Positions 14,701 through 27,556 of a stretch of 64,000 bases of DNA are shown here, piece by piece. How positions within the stretch are numbered: position 1 is the first letter of the stretch; every line of letters begins with the position of its first letter. The position numbers were made by a program, and so were the translations under genes. The stretch is from Lingula anatina (taxonomy: Eukaryota; Animalia; Brachiopoda). The stretch spans positions 5,208,001 through 5,272,000 of the forward strand of contig CM120649.1 in the NCBI GenBank assembly GCA_051362555.1. Direction: 5' to 3'. The notes under the pieces were generated by a model. That model was not told where the DNA came from, made no database searches, and worked only from the letters and a program-made list of their open reading frames with translations.

Positions 14701-17700
14701 TTTTATCGTTATGGTTTTATGACATCTTATTACCGAATTAGTTCAATGTTGTGTAACCACAGAGGAAGCATTTTCATGTAACAGTGTTCTCTTTGACCAC
14801 AAGGCCAGTTAGTAGTCTGTTACCCAATTTTTTGCCTATACTTTAATTTTCTATACTATTTTAGAGACTTCTTATATCATAGGGTATTTTCAAGTTGGGG
14901 TAGGGGGACGGGGGGGGGAGGGGATGTGCAACGCAAATCTATAAGGTCGTTTCTTATCTGTGCAGGATTAACCACTTAGAGGGAGCGGCACACACGTTTG
15001 AGTGAAGTGTCAGGAAGCACAAAAATAAAACGGATAAATAAAAATGAAATAAAAAGAAAAGAAAAGAAAAAATCTATCTCCTGAACTGTGTAGGTGCAAA
15101 GATAAACGAAGTGATAAAAGGACGTCCCATATGGCCAATGTTCCCAGTGAACACATCTAGATATGAATTTTCCTGGAATTGACATTTACTTCTCCCTTTT
15201 TTAAACCAGGGATCCATTCGTTCAAAATGTTAAAGCTTTCTTTCATCTGGTAATTTTATTAAGGCGCTCCTGGTCTTGAGTGCAATATCCACACAGGGGT
15301 CTCGTTTTCGAATGACACAGATTTGCCAGCTGTATGAGCAGTTTTGGTAAGAACAACGAGGCTGGCGAAATACTGGGAAAAAGCTAGCTGTTTTATCCAA
15401 TTAAGATAGATGTCTCAGAAAATTGGTTTAATTATGCATATGATAATCCACTAGAATCGCAGGAACTTCCTCTGATAATTGAAGTGAAATGATATCGACA
15501 TTTAGAACATATTCGCATAAAAAAGGAAGTTTTCAGAATTGACTTTTGGTCTCCAGCTGGTATATGTTGGCATATACCCTGTACCGGTCTTTTTTTTAAA
15601 TCTAGAATATTACCAAAGATAGATACAGAGAAGAGAGAGAGAGAGAGGGGGGGGGGGAGGGGGTAAGTTCAGTGGTTGGTGGGTAAGGACCGAGCTAAAC
15701 ATTACAATAACGCAGGGGTTTCCCTACCTCACAGAACCTACGTCATATAAAAATGCATAAGTCGAGATCGTTTTCAGCAAGTAGCCGGCTATCCCGTATA
15801 TTTAGTCGAACAGTGGCAATTAGAAAAAAAGGCCCAATTGATGCAGTTGCCAATACCTTAGAGACTTCACTTCATCTAGCTAAGTGAGTTCTTATTCATT
15901 TCTTAGCGCCTCCAGAACACGAAGTGGTGGAATACAAATGAGACCGCGAGGACCCGCTTTCAAAACCAGTAATTGAAGAAATAACATGGCTCTGAAATAC
16001 AGGGAAAGAATTGTCACTGTAAAACAGTCTTTATCAAATCTAGTGTCACTTTCTTAATTTCACAGGGGCGGGTGAGAAGATACACGGGATGGAATTGTCA
16101 TAAAAAAACCTACAACTGCTGAATGTGTTCAACACAGTTTGCTGGTTCTGATACTTCTCGTTACACTACACTCAGTACACATCATTCCTAAACGTGCCAG
16201 AATAAGTATCTAAATCCCATCTCCCTACGAATAGTATGATGGGAATTATACTTCGGTTATTTAAAGAGCCGTTAGTGATCATATCTCACACAATGATAAA
16301 CCTTGGAAGAAACTATCTAATGTAAAAAAAAACTGATTGTTTTCTTCCTTACTCTCTCTCTCTTTCTTTCTCTCTTACTGATCACGATCTTTGACTAAAG
16401 GAAAAGAGGAGCTTGCCTATTCTACAAATAAACTTTTATTCTAACCATATTTTTTGTATCGAATACCATAGTTTTAAGTTGTTTTTCTATTCTAAAAATC
16501 ATATTAAAAACAGGTCTGCGCATTTCGAATACTGTAATTTTGGCAGCTCTGCAGAACCGTAAATGGTACTAGTACGTCAATCTCCCCGATAGACTCAGAT
16601 AAGCAATATTTCGATTAAATTAGCGGTTGGCTCATCGGGCCAATTTCAATTCTAGGTAATCATTTCCGACGATCGGAGCATCCAAAACTGAAAGCCACGT
16701 CACAAGACCACGTACTAAGGGCATCTGCGCGTCAGCGTATTCATCTTTTGACAGGAATATCAGCACAGGCGCGCACACACATACGTCACGCCACGTTTAT
16801 TTGTTATTGATGATGTTTTAAAGGAGGAATAATTCAGTTAATGGGGTGACAGAGTTATCACATTTACCGTATTGAGTCTCTTCCAAAGGCGGGAAACGCG
16901 AATACGAATTTATGTCACTGTCACCATTAATAAACGTTGTGTTAGCACCGATAAAGATTATTTTATACCGCGTTAACTAGTCACATAAGCGTTCCGGGGG
17001 AGGGTCATGCCGAGGTCTTTCCGAGCCTTAAAACCTGATGACCCTCCTTCGACACTATTTTTATAACGATCCTCTATCCGCGGAGGTTCTTTCTGTGTAG
17101 AACAGGCTCTGGTTGGTGACGGAGAGGCCCAAGGAAGGCTCGTGGGAGAGAGTAAGCGACATGGACCAAACTGAGTGAATCTCACGGGTCAGAAAAACGC
17201 CGCAGGCCGTGTCTGTGACTCTGCCGGGGGGTTAATGCACCCATGTACGTGATCACCCACACAGAAGGACATTTTGAGCGTAGAATGGGTGCACGCTTGG
17301 TATTTGCGCACCTGACGGGTAACAAAGTGGTTGTGTTATTAAATAAAACATGTTACGTCACTGATGTTGTTATTTGTCTCAGCCCCATGTCGGTGGCGGA
17401 GATTGTTGTTGCATGCAAATATTGTAGTTCACAGTGCAGATTTCGTGTTAACTCTTGTGGCAAACAAACAGTGACGTTGATACGGCACTTAGGTCTCGAT
17501 ACTGCTGGATTTGTGCGTGTGCGTGTTAAGTTGAACATTAATTTAATTGCAATTTCAACCAAGTAATTTTTTGAACAACACTAAAAAAATACTGATTCTA
17601 TTTCTTTAGGCGATCACATGACATTTACGTCGACACGTGTTTCAACTACATTTAGCATATGCCGCTTTGATGTGGCATTTTTGTATGGCATTTACAGTTG

Positions 17701-18346
17701 CTATTTCAAGGCTTTAATGTTGGGATTTCAACGTAACAAGGCGTTTTAGGTTTAAGATGCAGTTCCAGAAACTTGACATTTGAGTTGACAGGGCATTTCG
17801 GGGTTAATTTCCCCCCGGGCCGTGTTATTATGGTGGTATTTTCATCAAATGAATTTATAAATCATTTCAGAGTTTTCATTAAACTGCATAACAAGAAATA
17901 AGTCCTTTAGAATCCTACCACGGAGAGCTTTTTCATAGCACACCGAGCTTGTCATTGTTTATACACCTTTGGCCTTTATTATAATTACAAATAAATGGCT
18001 TGTTCTGTGGAGTGTTATATGTGGGCAAATTCAGTTATTTTTCGAAATGTGACTGTCGAAGTCCTAACTCCATATATTGTATTAGTTCACGAAATGTGCC
18101 GGTTCACGACAGAAAACAAGCTGTAACAGCGCTAGGGTAATTTGAACACTGCGATATCATGTCTGCGATATTAATCACATTCTTCATGTATCTTTATCGA
18201 TTTAGGTTGATATCAGGTACTTTTGCTCTGTTAGACCATAGAGCCCCCAGTGCTCATTCTGGGACGCATAGGATGCCCAGCAAGAGAAAGGGGTGGGCGA
18301 GGGTGAGTTTTTTTTTTCAGCTAAAAATAACAAAAAATCCACCTAC

Positions 18347-18848
18347 CTCGTTGTGGCACGTAAATATTGAGATTCAGACATTCCTCAGTCTGGTCCTCCA
18401 AGAAGGGCATCAGTCTCAAGAAGTGCTGCACCCTGGCGTAGGGCATCGTCTTCCTCAACTCCGCCTCGTCTATGGCTCTCTGGGGGCACACGGCCCGCTT
18501 GCCGTACACGATCCGCGTCCCGTCCCACTTCTCCGTGGGGCTGGAACACACCATGAACCTGTGGTCCCCGCCCTGCAGGGAGGCGTACTGCAGCCCGAAA
18601 TACGCCTCCACGGGCACCAGATGGGGGTTGGGAATCTCGAGGAGAAGACCTCGTAGTTTGCCGTACTGCGTAGTGACGATGCGATCGACTAGCTTCCTCT
18701 CGTAGACTTTGCCTCCGGTCAAGGGGACGAGGACCAGCACGTGGAGGAGTAGGGCGCACAGCCCCGTGAGAAAGCCTCGGGGGCGGCTGAAGCCCGCGGG
18801 GAAGGTCGTTAGAGAGGGTTGCACGAATGAATAACCGGGCCACTGCAT
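18347..18848 (-). CDS. NLGN: Neuroligin-like (carboxylesterase type-B family) protein, first coding exon; gene continues beyond the left edge of the window
   Basis: Hydrophobic leader (LCALLLHVLVLVPLTGG) followed by IVTTQYGKLRG, VEAYFGLQYA, RFM, W.G, VCPQ and QTEECLNLNIYVP, matching the N-terminal cholinesterase-like region of neuroligins. GC-rich coding composition. Donor CGAG|GTAGGT at 18346, just after NIYVP, where neuroligin genes typically have an intron. Catalytic-site region not visible, so another carboxylesterase-family member is not excluded. Confidence 0.85.
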
Positions 18849-19508
18849 GACTTTTAGTGGCTTTAATGAACAAATGCACCACCGGTCCTGTTATGTGCCT
18901 GTGTGTATGTGTATATATACAGGCAAGATCGCGTCTCTCTCCCTCTCTATAAGTCGACGTTTATTTTCGTGAGAGATAAAACTTTTCTCCGCTCCGTACA
19001 AAATCCTTGTCAGGCGTCGTCAATTGGCTTATCCGCCATCCAACTGAACCAACACGACTCTCGCTCTTCAACGCTACTCTTCGCCTCCTTAGTGTCTCAA
19101 TTGAGTCACGCATTAAGCCTCCTAGAACCAATTATCAATAATCAAAGCGGCGGCTTCTCTCGTGAAAGTTCCTCGAGTCAACGCTATGTTTCCCGTACAG
19201 CCTCCGGCGTGGAGAATCCTTCTCGGCGGGATGTCAACCCGTGCGACGTTTTTTTTCCCACCTCTCTCCCGTTATTATCATACCACGGTAGGTGCTCTCT
19301 GTAGGTTAATGCGGGCGATGTACGACCTTTTCTCTGCTGTGTCAACCCAGTGTAGTACTAAACGCCATGAAAGACGACATATCCCACACAAAGGCTAATG
19401 CAGCCCATAAAACTGTTTATGGACGTTCGCTTTGATCCACGTGTAGTAGTGTACCTGTTACGAGACGCAGCGCCTCTCTTTCTCGCTCTCAACTCACTGT
19501 TCGCTGTG

Positions 19509-19557
19509 TTTATATATGAAACCGATCACAGCGGAGGGGTCCATATGCGCATGCGCC
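19509..19557 (-). promoter_or_regulatory. Putative neuroligin promoter: TATA-like box plus NRF1/EWG-type GCGCATGCGC palindrome
   Basis: Minus-strand TATATAAA at 19509-19516 and GCGCATGCGC at 19547-19556, in a CpG-richer stretch about 660 bp upstream of the ATG. Confidence 0.4.
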
Positions 19558-21590
19558 ACGGGTACTTTTTCTGTTTCTTTACAAGAACTCCCGGTTTAAC
19601 GCCTGCATACTTATGTTTGTTTGTTCGGCTATTGTGGCCTTTTTTCACGAGTTTGTTTTCACCGCGTTAAACCACTTAAAGAACAACAATCCCGTCCCGA
19701 AGAGCCGGAGCCCGGGGACATTATACAGACGTGTAAATGTTCGGACCAATTCCACCGAGCTGCTTCCAACTAATAATTAATTGAAGCGAGCAGGTAGCGT
19801 GAGAATAATTAATTCCGATTTCCTAATTGTTGTTCAATCACGGTCGATGGAGGGGAGTGAAAGGGGGGTGCACGGGAAGTCAAGCGCCTCAGGCGCAGAC
19901 GGGACCCTAAGGCACTGCAGGACCGTGGGTTTCTCCCGTCTGTTATAATAAGAACACCCTGCCGTAGAAACTACTCGGGACCCGGTGACCCGTGTTACGT
20001 GTTCGATGTTTGCACGGCGGTGGTTACCGAGACATTGGAGTCTTCTTATACGTTATTGGGTCACCTCGTAGGTTAAGATTGGAAGTTGAAAAAGCGGGAT
20101 GAGTTCGGGGATGGGGCGTTTGTGTGTGTGTGGGGGGGGGGGGGGGCGTTGTTATTCTTTATAAGTCATTATTTCTTCAAAGTGATTTCTGGACTGGTCT
20201 GCTGTATGTAACTGAAGAGAACGTGTAAGCTGGATGATTTACTCGAACTAGATTTTTTTACATATCGAAATATTTGGTCCACATGTAACGATTAAGAACC
20301 GTTTGGTTTGGAAGAAAGGGGGGGGGGGAGCGTTTGCTATGATTGAATTTTGTCATCTCAAGCTTTTGAAAAGTCCGAACTCTTTCGAAGATGTTGATTT
20401 TACTAACAACATGTTTATTAAGATATTTAGGACTTTTTAGGACAATGACGTGGACAGCAAATGGACGAGGACACGCCCATTACCACTGCAATATCCGCGG
20501 ATACACAAGGCGTTCTGCTCCCCCTCAGAATGTACATGCATCTTAGTAAGCGGGTATGAAGTTTGGGAAAAGCCAACGCCATTTCTTCAACACCTACCCT
20601 CCTTGCCAATTCTTTCACATAATATCATCAAAGTGTAATCTACATTTTCTGACTCATACTATGTAACAAGTGTGACAAAGTTGATTGAAATAACTTTCTT
20701 TTGAATAAAATATGCCTCAATCTTCAGAGCCCCGCGTTCCCTCCATGGCGGGACCTGATTAACGTATTTCTTTTCATATGCAGTGAATAGATTAGCTAAG
20801 CCTGGGGACAGCCAATCCATTTTTATTCAATAATCACTCGGCCGAGGTAGATTATTTATTGAACGGCCGCGTCTGAAATGGCAGTCGTCTCACGAAAGGA
20901 ACAAATCGCCAAGGTAAAGCTTTGTGACTGGTAAGGGAAACGCGGCACCCCCTTCTACATGTATGTCGTCTGCACATACTACTCACAACACACCGTGAAA
21001 ACGACCATATATCCTTCGGTCTTGAAGTGACGTTATTATTCTATTATTTAAGCGACTGTAAGGACACTCCCCTTACCCGATCAACTTCCAAATCAAAAAC
21101 ATTCAAATCGCATTCCCCCATCTCTTTAGCCGCTTGAGATACGTGGTATAACTTGAAACATTGGGTTTTTTTCCTTAAAAAATTATACTTTTTGAAAGCG
21201 GCGCATCTTCGGAATTGTATTCTTGGAAATCTGGTAAGGAATGGAAGGAAGGAAGAAAAGAAGGAAGGAAAGGCCACTCGGATACCGATTAGTGGCAAAG
21301 AAATCCCAGGTTTGTGAAGAAATGCCCCCAGGTAAAAACAACGCGAATGAAAAAGTCGATGAAGAAAATATTATCGTCTCCGCTTTATGAAAACAAGGCC
21401 GCGGCAATTCAAAGGTCGGTGACGTGAAGGTTACGAGATGAGACCTCGTGACATGTGTTTGATTTAGTGAAGGAAGGGTTTCCATGTGAGGTTATGGAAA
21501 TATTTTTTGTGGGAGAATGCGCGCTCATCTCATGTGCTGTTCATGTTATATAATAATTCTACGGAAATGTCATTAAAGATGCATATGTTT

Positions 21591-21593
<3 letters not shown>

Positions 21594-21630
<37 letters not shown>
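21594..21630. repeat. (GA)n microsatellite; similar tracts near 22261, 24591, 28785, 29383, 34045, 37087, 41794, 60222
   Basis: Dinucleotide run seen directly. Confidence 0.95.
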
Positions 21631-21632
<2 letters not shown>

Positions 21633-22256
21633 AATAAAAAGATAATGCGTCAAATACATATTATTTGCATGTGCTTATGCCGTTTATTGCATTGTTGAAA
21701 TAAATATCGTTAAGAGCGCATCTTAAGTAAGCAAAGAAGACAACACGCACAATAGCGTGCTTTAACCCATGCCGACCTGGACTATACTGCATTACGGCGA
21801 ACAGCAGAGGAAATTCATCATTTCACGTCCAGGTGCAAACGATATTAACTAATCAAGACTTTTCCGTCAACTATCTCAATATACTCCGTGCACAACGTTG
21901 GATCAAAAAGAAAAAAAAATTGATTGCAAATTCAAAATTCCGTCGACTGGCATTAATGCAAACCGTCCTTCCATTAACGTAATGGTATACGCCTTTTTAT
22001 GTGTAATTAAACCAAATAGAATAGTCGCATTATAAGTCACACAAGGGGGTTGAAACCCAACGGAAAGCCAGCAGGCCAAGGACTTATGAACTCTAGTAAA
22101 TGTGAACATGCAGCCACGCGAAGTGAGGTGTACAGCGAAATCCCACTGAAGGAAGACGTCTAAATCGCAAATTCAAATTACGTTATTTATGATTGGGGTC
22201 ATTCTTCCTCATTCCAGCTACCCAACTCTCTTTCACCCCCTCCTTCTCTTCCTCCT

Positions 22257-22293
<37 letters not shown>

Positions 22294-24170
22294 CGTCCAA
22301 GCAAACCGTTTATTGATAATAGCTGTTGTTGCTGACGACGTCCACCCTGAACGGAGCGAGGACCAAAGGGGTTTTTAAAACCTTTCACACTGGCAATAAA
22401 ACGAAGTAACGTTCCATGTACCGCCTGGGAGCAACCACACATAGCTTCTGTTAGATTTTTTCTATCCGTCAACAGCAGTGGCTACATCATACGTGCGTGT
22501 CATATTGTGTACAGCGTAACGGCAAATATTTATGACGAACTCGTGTCTCAAATTTCAAAATATTGTCATTGATTCCTTCATAAAATTTAAAAGCAAATTT
22601 ATCTACTATAAAAGCCTATACGGTTTATGTATTCACTTGCAAAATGCGCCTTGCAAAACCTAGCAACACGTCGGAAGATTAATACAGTAATAGCAGAAGG
22701 TCACATATATCACTCCTAGTCGCGATATTATTGCTTGCAGATGGCTTACTTGGTGATATTTTATCAGTTATGAATTCATTGGCCTTGAGTACATATTTAT
22801 TTGATTTTGCTATTTACTAGTATCTGTGTAAGAAGAGGTATGTTTTCAGATGGACACCTTTAAAATCGAGATAGCAATGGAGAATGTGTATGACGATACA
22901 GAAAATATTTCACTACTTTTTTAAAAACGAAAGAAACGCTTTTGGCTGACAAAAGAACTAACATAATAATAGCGATAATAATAAATAGATAAATAAATAA
23001 GAAGAAAAAGAAGAATTACAACAACAACAACAGAGTTCTCTATCAGAGGTCGGCTGATTGAATGTGTCATTTATCAATTTATCATTTTTTTTTCGCCAAA
23101 CGTCTTACTGGACACACATTTACACAGAATAACCTGAGAAATACACGTGTTGGTGAATATCTAGAAAAAAATTGCTGTGTGACTGAGGTAGAATGTACAC
23201 ATGAAACCAAAACACTGCACAGTGTATGTCATCATTTTGTCAGCTAAAGGCGTTTTCCTGTGGTTGCTGCACAATTTACGAGTATGCGTTAAAAGGAGTG
23301 TGCTTTTATGAGATTAACCTCAGTTCTTCAAATCTTCAACTGTTTTCATGATGAAAGAATAATATTCTAACTACAGAATAACATGAATCTGATAGAAAAA
23401 AAAACTGGTTTTACCCTTACGTTGTATTTATATAAGCAATATTCATGCTAGATTAGACAAAAAACATTAAAGTGCCTTTTTGGCTTTATTAGTTATGCAG
23501 AGTTTCACAGTCTTCTGCAAAAACGAAAAACCTAATGGAAAAAAATTTATTGTTCATGAGGAAATAAAGAAATCAAATTCAGTGGCATTGAAAATTAATG
23601 AATATTGGGCCATCAAAATTCCCCTGGATGGCGCGTTTCTCTGTGTCCAGAGTGGCTGCGGTTCCGTTATGGATGCTAGGTATTATATATCGCCGTAGAC
23701 ATCTAAACTGTTTTCAACCGGGAAATGTAAGAATATTTATTTTAAAAACAATGACGTGACTATAAAATCAAGTAGAAAATCATGTAATGTCCCCAATTGA
23801 GATCATTTTAACTTAAAACAAAACCCTGCTGGGCGATATCAAGTACAAAAAGCAGCAATAACAAAATAAAACTAAATTGCTCAGTATATGCCTATTGTAT
23901 TAATTGCATTAACTAAGTCTTCTAAAAGCCGAGGTTTTTTTGTATTCCCCGAATACTGGGGGAACTAAATCTTAGCTATCTACGCAATTTTTCACGTTAA
24001 AATGGGGAGGATTACATTCTGTCTGGATTTGGTGTAGATGGTATGGCACGGTTCATGATTTATTTATGGATTTCACTCTTAACCTTTGACTTAATTTTTA
24101 TGAAGAATAACATGGCTCGACGACGCACTGCACTGGCCCGGTTGTGACATCTCAACTAACACAATTACAA

Positions 24171-24500
24171 CATTCACACTAGCACTTTTAACCGCGGTCA
24201 AGGCCTGACCTCGGTCCTATCGCGGTTAACTTTTCTAATGTGACCGCGGTCGAAATAAACCCAGATCGGGAGGTGGGTATAATCGGAGTAAACTCCTGAC
24301 CGCGGTCAAGACCGGATGTCTACATATGAAGCGCACTCGCACAAGTGTATCGTCATTTGAGCTCCGCATGCGACAGGAAGTTCGCTTGCTGAGATTCTAC
24401 CGCTACTGATCGTTGCCGGTGTCAGTGTGAACGCGGTTTGGTTGACCGCGGTTTAATCGGAGTAAACTCGACCGCGGTTAACGTTCTAATGTGAATGGCC
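24171..24500. mobile_element. Harbinger-like MITE with the left terminus slightly clipped; absent from duplication unit B
   Basis: Left cattcacactagcacttttaaccgcggtc versus reverse complement of the right end ggccattcacattagaacgttaaccgcggtc, followed by TAA. Many internal accgcggt palindromes. Flanks are nearly contiguous at ~29230-29250. Confidence 0.75.
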
Positions 24501-24589
24501 TAAATGACTTAGTGGAAGAAAAGATTTGCGCAATAAACCTGGACTATTTATCTAACAAATGTTAATCGACCGAGCAGACGCACACACAC

Positions 24590-24634
<45 letters not shown>

Positions 24635-25603
24635 GGAAATAACGTTATTGATCATTAAACACATTCGTAAAGGAGGTAAATTTATTTCGTTCAATCACGA
24701 TAAAGGTACAAAAATCTGCCCAGCAACAGCGAGTACATGTACATACTGGCGTACTGTTGGCTACTGAATCTTATTCTTTTGTTGACTGTATGACGAAAAA
24801 ATGAAACCATGAAAACTATGAATATGATTTCAACAAGACATGAAAATGAAGTCTATGGTAGTATAAAGTCTGAGGAAGTATAAAATCACACTGTAGATAC
24901 GACGAATCCACGGAACCTCTTGAGGTTCAAGTTTTCACAACAGTTGATGCTCGCAGTCTTCCAAACACTAGACACGGCAGTCGAGAAAAGACGTCTTGGG
25001 AATCTTCATATTACAAACCCGTAGTAAACTTGAACCCTGAAAGTAAGAGTGAAAATTGAGAATTTTGCTCTCCTGTGGTACATGTATGGCAAGTTTAAAA
25101 GTATTAAAGCAGATAAAAATGAAAAATGAAAAAAAATGAAAAGTCTCCAACTCTCTGAAGTCATGGTCGGCAGACGAAGTCTATTTTTGTTTTTGTCTTT
25201 TAAACATATGGTAATAAAAAGGCATCGCAGTTAACTATTAAGGCCGGTAGGAATTTTTCTAATTGATACATGTAGGACATCTCAAATTCACAGTGTGGAC
25301 GATTTTTTATCATTAAAACAACAAAATCGATATTTGAGTAAATTGTGAACATTTCCCACTTAAATATTAGCACAAAGTAGCAAAAACTCTGCAATCGAAC
25401 ATGTATTGTGCATCAAACTAACGTTATTTGGGAATTTTTTAAAAACAGATTGATATTATTAAGGCTATATTTAAGGAGTCCACAAATAAATTTAACGTCA
25501 TTTTAAGTGCAAAATGGTTTTAAAAGGGAATAAAGGAATTTCGATGAACGATGCTTAAACTTACCTTTATGGTAGGTAGATACAATTCGTTTCATAGGGT
25601 GGT

Positions 25604-25915
25604 TTAATATCGCCGATAGCCTCTGTAATACCCTCCTCTGTAATTTCTGTAATTTTGGACTGTGGGTGGATCATTAAAAAAGCTGCCACCGGAACCAGAC
25701 CCAGCACCAAATCCAAAGCCACCGTTGGAGCCACCACCGCCGCCGCCGCCACCGCCGCCGCCGCCGGGAGCAGAGCCAAAGCCGAAACCGGCACCAAAGC
25801 CGGATCCCCCTGGGCCACCGCCACCGCCGCCACCACCGCCGCCACCGCCTCCGCTGAAGTATTGGGCGAAGATCGGCATGATGATCAGGCCGAGGATGAA
25901 CAGGTGCTTCAACAT
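25604..25915 (-). CDS. Secreted glycine-rich protein GRP-1 (103 aa) with Tyr/Arg-rich tail
   Basis: ATG at 25915 (MLKHLFILGLIIMPIFA|Q), TATAAAA at 25999-26005, two poly-Gly/GFG modules, tail YRNYRGGYYRGYRRY. Donor AAG|GTAAGT at 25564, probable acceptor at 25037. Confidence 0.9.
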   Translation of the reverse strand: MLKHLFILGLIIMPIFAQYFSGGGGGGGGGGGGGPGGSGFGAGFGFGSAPGGGGGGGGGGGGSNGGFGFGAGSGSGGSFFNDPPTVQNYRNYRGGYYRGYRRY

Positions 25916-25998
25916 CTTGACGACTATCTGGAGGACTGCCGGGAAGAGTTTTCCAAAGCAAACCTCAGTTGGTCTGTTGTAGTCGTAGAGAGCGCTGG

Positions 25999-26005
25999 TT
26001 TTATA
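25999..26005 (-). promoter_or_regulatory. TATA box of GRP-1
   Basis: gcTATAAAA about 90 nt upstream of the ATG, same position as in paralogs. Confidence 0.75.
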
Positions 26006-27153
26006 GCTTTTGCTCTCTAGCGTGTACAGACCTCTTCTTTGGTAAAAACCCATTTGTCACAATGCATTACACAATAAAAACAAAACAAAACACTGTTATA
26101 TTTTTGATTGAATACTTTTACTGGACCTCTACTATACTACAATACTTCCGGATAGTTACAATATTTCCGTTTCTTGTCCTGTTGATGAGCGGGAACGGAT
26201 TATTTCCTGCTTCAAAAAGTGTAATGATGGCCCTTAATGCAAGAGGATAATTGAAGTTAAACATGCCAATCCACCCTTTTCCCATTAAAGAGGTAACTTG
26301 AATGACACTAAATCAAATGGCACCATTTCCACTGACCATTTTTCCAGGGGGAAAGTTAAAAAAATGTTTCCTTAATTTGTGGTCACGGCACGTGGGGAAA
26401 AAGCTCATTTGTCATTAGTATTGATGGACAGAAAGCCTGATAGCCTTCAGTCATGTCACGCAAATGTCTTTAGCAGATTTCAAATTTACCTTTTAATTTT
26501 GATGCAGTGGAATACATATTGCTGAACTAAAATGCTCGACAACGATGATTTACGCTGCGTTTTTATCCTGCGTAAAAGTTCGAATATGGAGATAAAAATT
26601 AATTATGGAAACTTGGAAATGTAATTTTAACCTGTTTCTACATGGTCATTGTACTGCACAGTTTAGTTTGATAATGGGTAGAGAGGACAGTTATTATATC
26701 AACGATTTATATTATATGTATGTATACCAAAGGTATAATCATACACGTGCGTGAACTGAATGCTCTTCCCCTTTTTCTCTCTTGCACGTTGTCATTATCT
26801 GCACGTGCATGTGTGCACGTACTTGCGTAGATGTATATTTGTTCGCGTGCAGCTGGCGTAGATCGCGTGCGGCTACACTCCGTGAAAGGGCCTAGTAGCA
26901 TGCTTACTGACCATCAAGTCCTTTATTACGTCAGTGGTCATCAGGATATAATTGTTTCAATTTCCCATTTGTCGAAAGAACAAGAACGTACCATATCTAG
27001 AAAAAATTGTGACACGGTGCCTATTTAAGACATTGAAAACATTGAAGTGCAGGCTATAGTGATGGTTTGTTTATTAATTGATTTATGTTTTGTGTTGTTC
27101 GGTGGCAAATGTGATTTTACCTAAGAGGTCTGTGCACGCGAGAGAGCAAATGC

Positions 27154-27160
27154 TATAAAA
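27154..27160 (+). promoter_or_regulatory. TATA box of GRP-2
   Basis: gcTATAAAA 91 nt upstream of the ATG. Confidence 0.75.
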
Positions 27161-27244
27161 AACAGCGCTCACTACGACTACAACAGACCAACTGAGGTTT
27201 GCTTTGGAAAACTCTTCCCAGCAGTCCTCTAGATAGTCGCCAAG

Positions 27245-27556
27245 ATGTTGAAGCACCTGTTCATCCTCGGCCTGATCATCATGCCCATCTTCGCCCAATA
27301 CTTCAGCGGTGGCGGTGGCGGCGGTGGTGGCGGAGGTGGCGGCGGTTCCGGAGGATTTGGCTTTGGTTCCGGGTTCGGCTTTGGCTCATCTCTCGGTGGC
27401 GGCGGCGGTGGCGGCGGCGGCGGTGGTGGCTCCAACGGTGGCTTCGGATTTGGTTCTGGGTTTGGTTCCGGCGGCAGTTTTGTATATGATCCGCCCACAG
27501 TCCAAAATTACAGAACTTACAGAGGAAGGTATTACAGAGGTTATCGAAGATATTAA
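27245..27556 (+). CDS. Secreted glycine-rich protein GRP-2 (103 aa) with Tyr/Arg-rich tail
   Basis: Signal peptide identical to GRP-1, tail YRTYRGRYYRGYRRY. Donor AAG|GTAAGT at 27579, acceptor ttttactttcag at 28285, AATAAA at 28622. Confidence 0.9.
   Translation: MLKHLFILGLIIMPIFAQYFSGGGGGGGGGGGGGSGGFGFGSGFGFGSSLGGGGGGGGGGGGSNGGFGFGSGFGSGGSFVYDPPTVQNYRTYRGRYYRGYRRY

Noticed and set aside
18159-18882. Overlapping 165-aa ORFs around the neuroligin exon
   Set aside because: Alternative-frame and antisense products of a GC-rich exon, with no recognisable motifs.
24189-24480. Repeated accgcggt palindromes resembling a CRISPR-like array
   Set aside because: Irregular spacing, only an 8-bp core, eukaryotic context, and explained as sub-terminal repeats of a MITE.
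25655-25982. Poly-Pro and Ala/Thr-rich ORFs antisense to the GRP genes (also 27229-27498, 39335-39577, 45118-45420, 58857-59195)
   Set aside because: Reverse-complement shadows of GGN codon runs. TATA, leader, splice and polyA signals all support the Gly frame.
27199-27489. Arg/Trp-rich ORFs that look like cationic AMPs (also 25674-25961, 32518-32802, 51281-51676)
   Set aside because: Frame-shifted readings of GGC/GGT repeats, starting at non-ATG codons and lacking signal peptides.
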